Below are positions 63,292 through 64,000 of a stretch of 64,000 nucleotides of DNA, piece after piece (within the stretch, counting starts at the first letter, position 1; each line of letters starts with the position of its first letter). Made by a program: the position numbers and the translations under genes. This stretch comes from an uncultured Oscillospiraceae bacterium (lineage in GTDB: Bacteria; Bacillota; Clostridia; Oscillospirales; Butyricicoccaceae), in assembly GCA_964367895.1 (NCBI GenBank), contig CAYJAS010000001.1:2404-66403 (forward strand), read 5' to 3'. Below the pieces are notes generated by a model that saw nothing but the letters and a program-made list of their open reading frames with translations, searched no databases and was not told where the DNA came from.

Positions 63292-63785
63292 GCTTTGTAC
63301 TTGTCTACAACCAGTTCGGCTTCTTGCGGGCTGAGCTTTCCGTAAACATCTTCGCCGATGGTGAAGACCGGTGCAAGACCACATGCTCCGATGCATCTTG
63401 TAGCTTCGAGCGAGAACAAACCGTCAGGTGTTACGCCGTCAACCTCAATATTGAGCTTGCGTGCGATACGGTCAACAATTTCTCCTGCGCCTTTGACGTA
63501 ACAAGCGGTACCCATGCAAATAGCTATCGGATATTTGCCTTTGGGGTTAAGCGAGAACTGCGAATAGAATGTCACAACACCGTAAACTTCAGACAGCGAA
63601 AGCGCCAGCCCTTCGGCAATCATAATCTGCACCTCTATGGGCAGATATCCGTAAATTTCCTGTGCCTCTTGAAGTACCGGCATTAGTGCGCCCGGGGTCT
63701 CCTGATGCTTGGCTATTACAGCCATCAGCTGCTCTTGTTGTTCCTCTGTCCCGGTGAAAGGAACCATTGTCTTCCTTTTTGCCAT
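63288..63785 (-). CDS. hydC: NuoE-like [2Fe-2S] subunit (HydC)
   Basis: ALMPVLQEAQEIYGYLP, VTFYSQF, CMGTACYVKG, CIGACGLAPV. Confidence 0.9.
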   Translation of the reverse strand: MAKRKTMVPFTGTEEQQEQLMAVIAKHQETPGALMPVLQEAQEIYGYLPIEVQIMIAEGLALSLSEVYGVVTFYSQFSLNPKGKYPIAICMGTACYVKGAGEIVDRIARKLNIEVDGVTPDGLFSLEATRCIGACGLAPVFTIGEDVYGKLSPQEAELVVDKYKA

Positions 63786-63917
63786 AAATGTCCTCCTTAG
63801 TTATGAAAATCGCATGATAATTTGCGACCTCTTCGCGGGGTCTGATATAGTAAAAAACTTTGTCCGCAAGTATTATACACTATACCGAGGTTTTTTGCTA
63901 TAGTTTTTTTGCGAAAA

Positions 63918-63935
63918 ATGTTAAATTTTTAACGT
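63918..63935. promoter_or_regulatory. candidate Rex (redox-sensing repressor) operator upstream of the hydrogenase operon
   Basis: aTGTTAA-attt-TTAACgt versus the clostridial Rex consensus TTGTTAA-N4-TTAACAA (11 of 14 specified positions). About 135-150 nt upstream of the hydC start. AT-rich context, so a chance match is possible. Confidence 0.3.
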
Positions 63936-64000
63936 TTATTTTTGCTAATGATTGCTAATATTTAATAAATGTATAAATTTTATGTTTAATTTCTAAATTT

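Overview
The window looks like conserved core chromosome of an endospore-forming, anaerobic Bacillota/Clostridia organism. The taxon is an inference from gene content (spoIIP, gpr, ytfI/ytfJ, pdaB-like, [FeFe]-hydrogenase, reverse rubrerythrin). I call 61 protein-coding genes, 53 on the minus strand, tightly packed with many 1-4 nt start/stop overlaps.

Several blocks keep Bacillus-like synteny, read along the minus strand:
- nusB-(TsaD-like)-xseA-xseB-ispA-dxs-tlyA-nadK-argR-recN
- tyrS with a Tyr T-box leader
- miaB-mutS-mutL-miaA-hfq
- the distal division cluster yggS-sepF-yggT-divIVA-ileS
- lon-engB-lysA
- M50 protease-scpA-scpB-ytfI-ytfJ-dac-rluB
- cmk-plsC-ispH::S1

The right end holds a five-gene HydABC-type [FeFe]-hydrogenase operon. 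The left edge holds a truncated ogg gene that is absent from the ORF track; I found it by hand translation.

I see no rRNA, tRNA, CRISPR array, prophage, transposon, toxin-antitoxin or defence island. I found no convincing evidence for a new multi-gene system. The recombinase at 4761-5795 looks like a chromosomal Xer-type enzyme rather than a mobile-element integrase.

The leads most worth a second look are:
1. The hydrogenase operon: an embedded stand-alone GHKL ATPase, a non-canonical H-cluster L1 motif (TSCSPGW), and a candidate Rex box.
2. Two structured inverted-repeat elements in intergenic DNA (53814-53891 and 57190-57279).
3. A 17-18 bp duplex that would sequester the Shine-Dalgarno of the recombinase gene.
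4. A divergent TsaD/Kae1-like paralog sitting where Bacillus has folD.
5. An orphan ABC ATPase coupled to dCMP deaminase.
6. A PdaB-like deacetylase lacking the motif-1 Asp.

All coordinates of short motifs were counted by hand and may be off by 1-2 nt.
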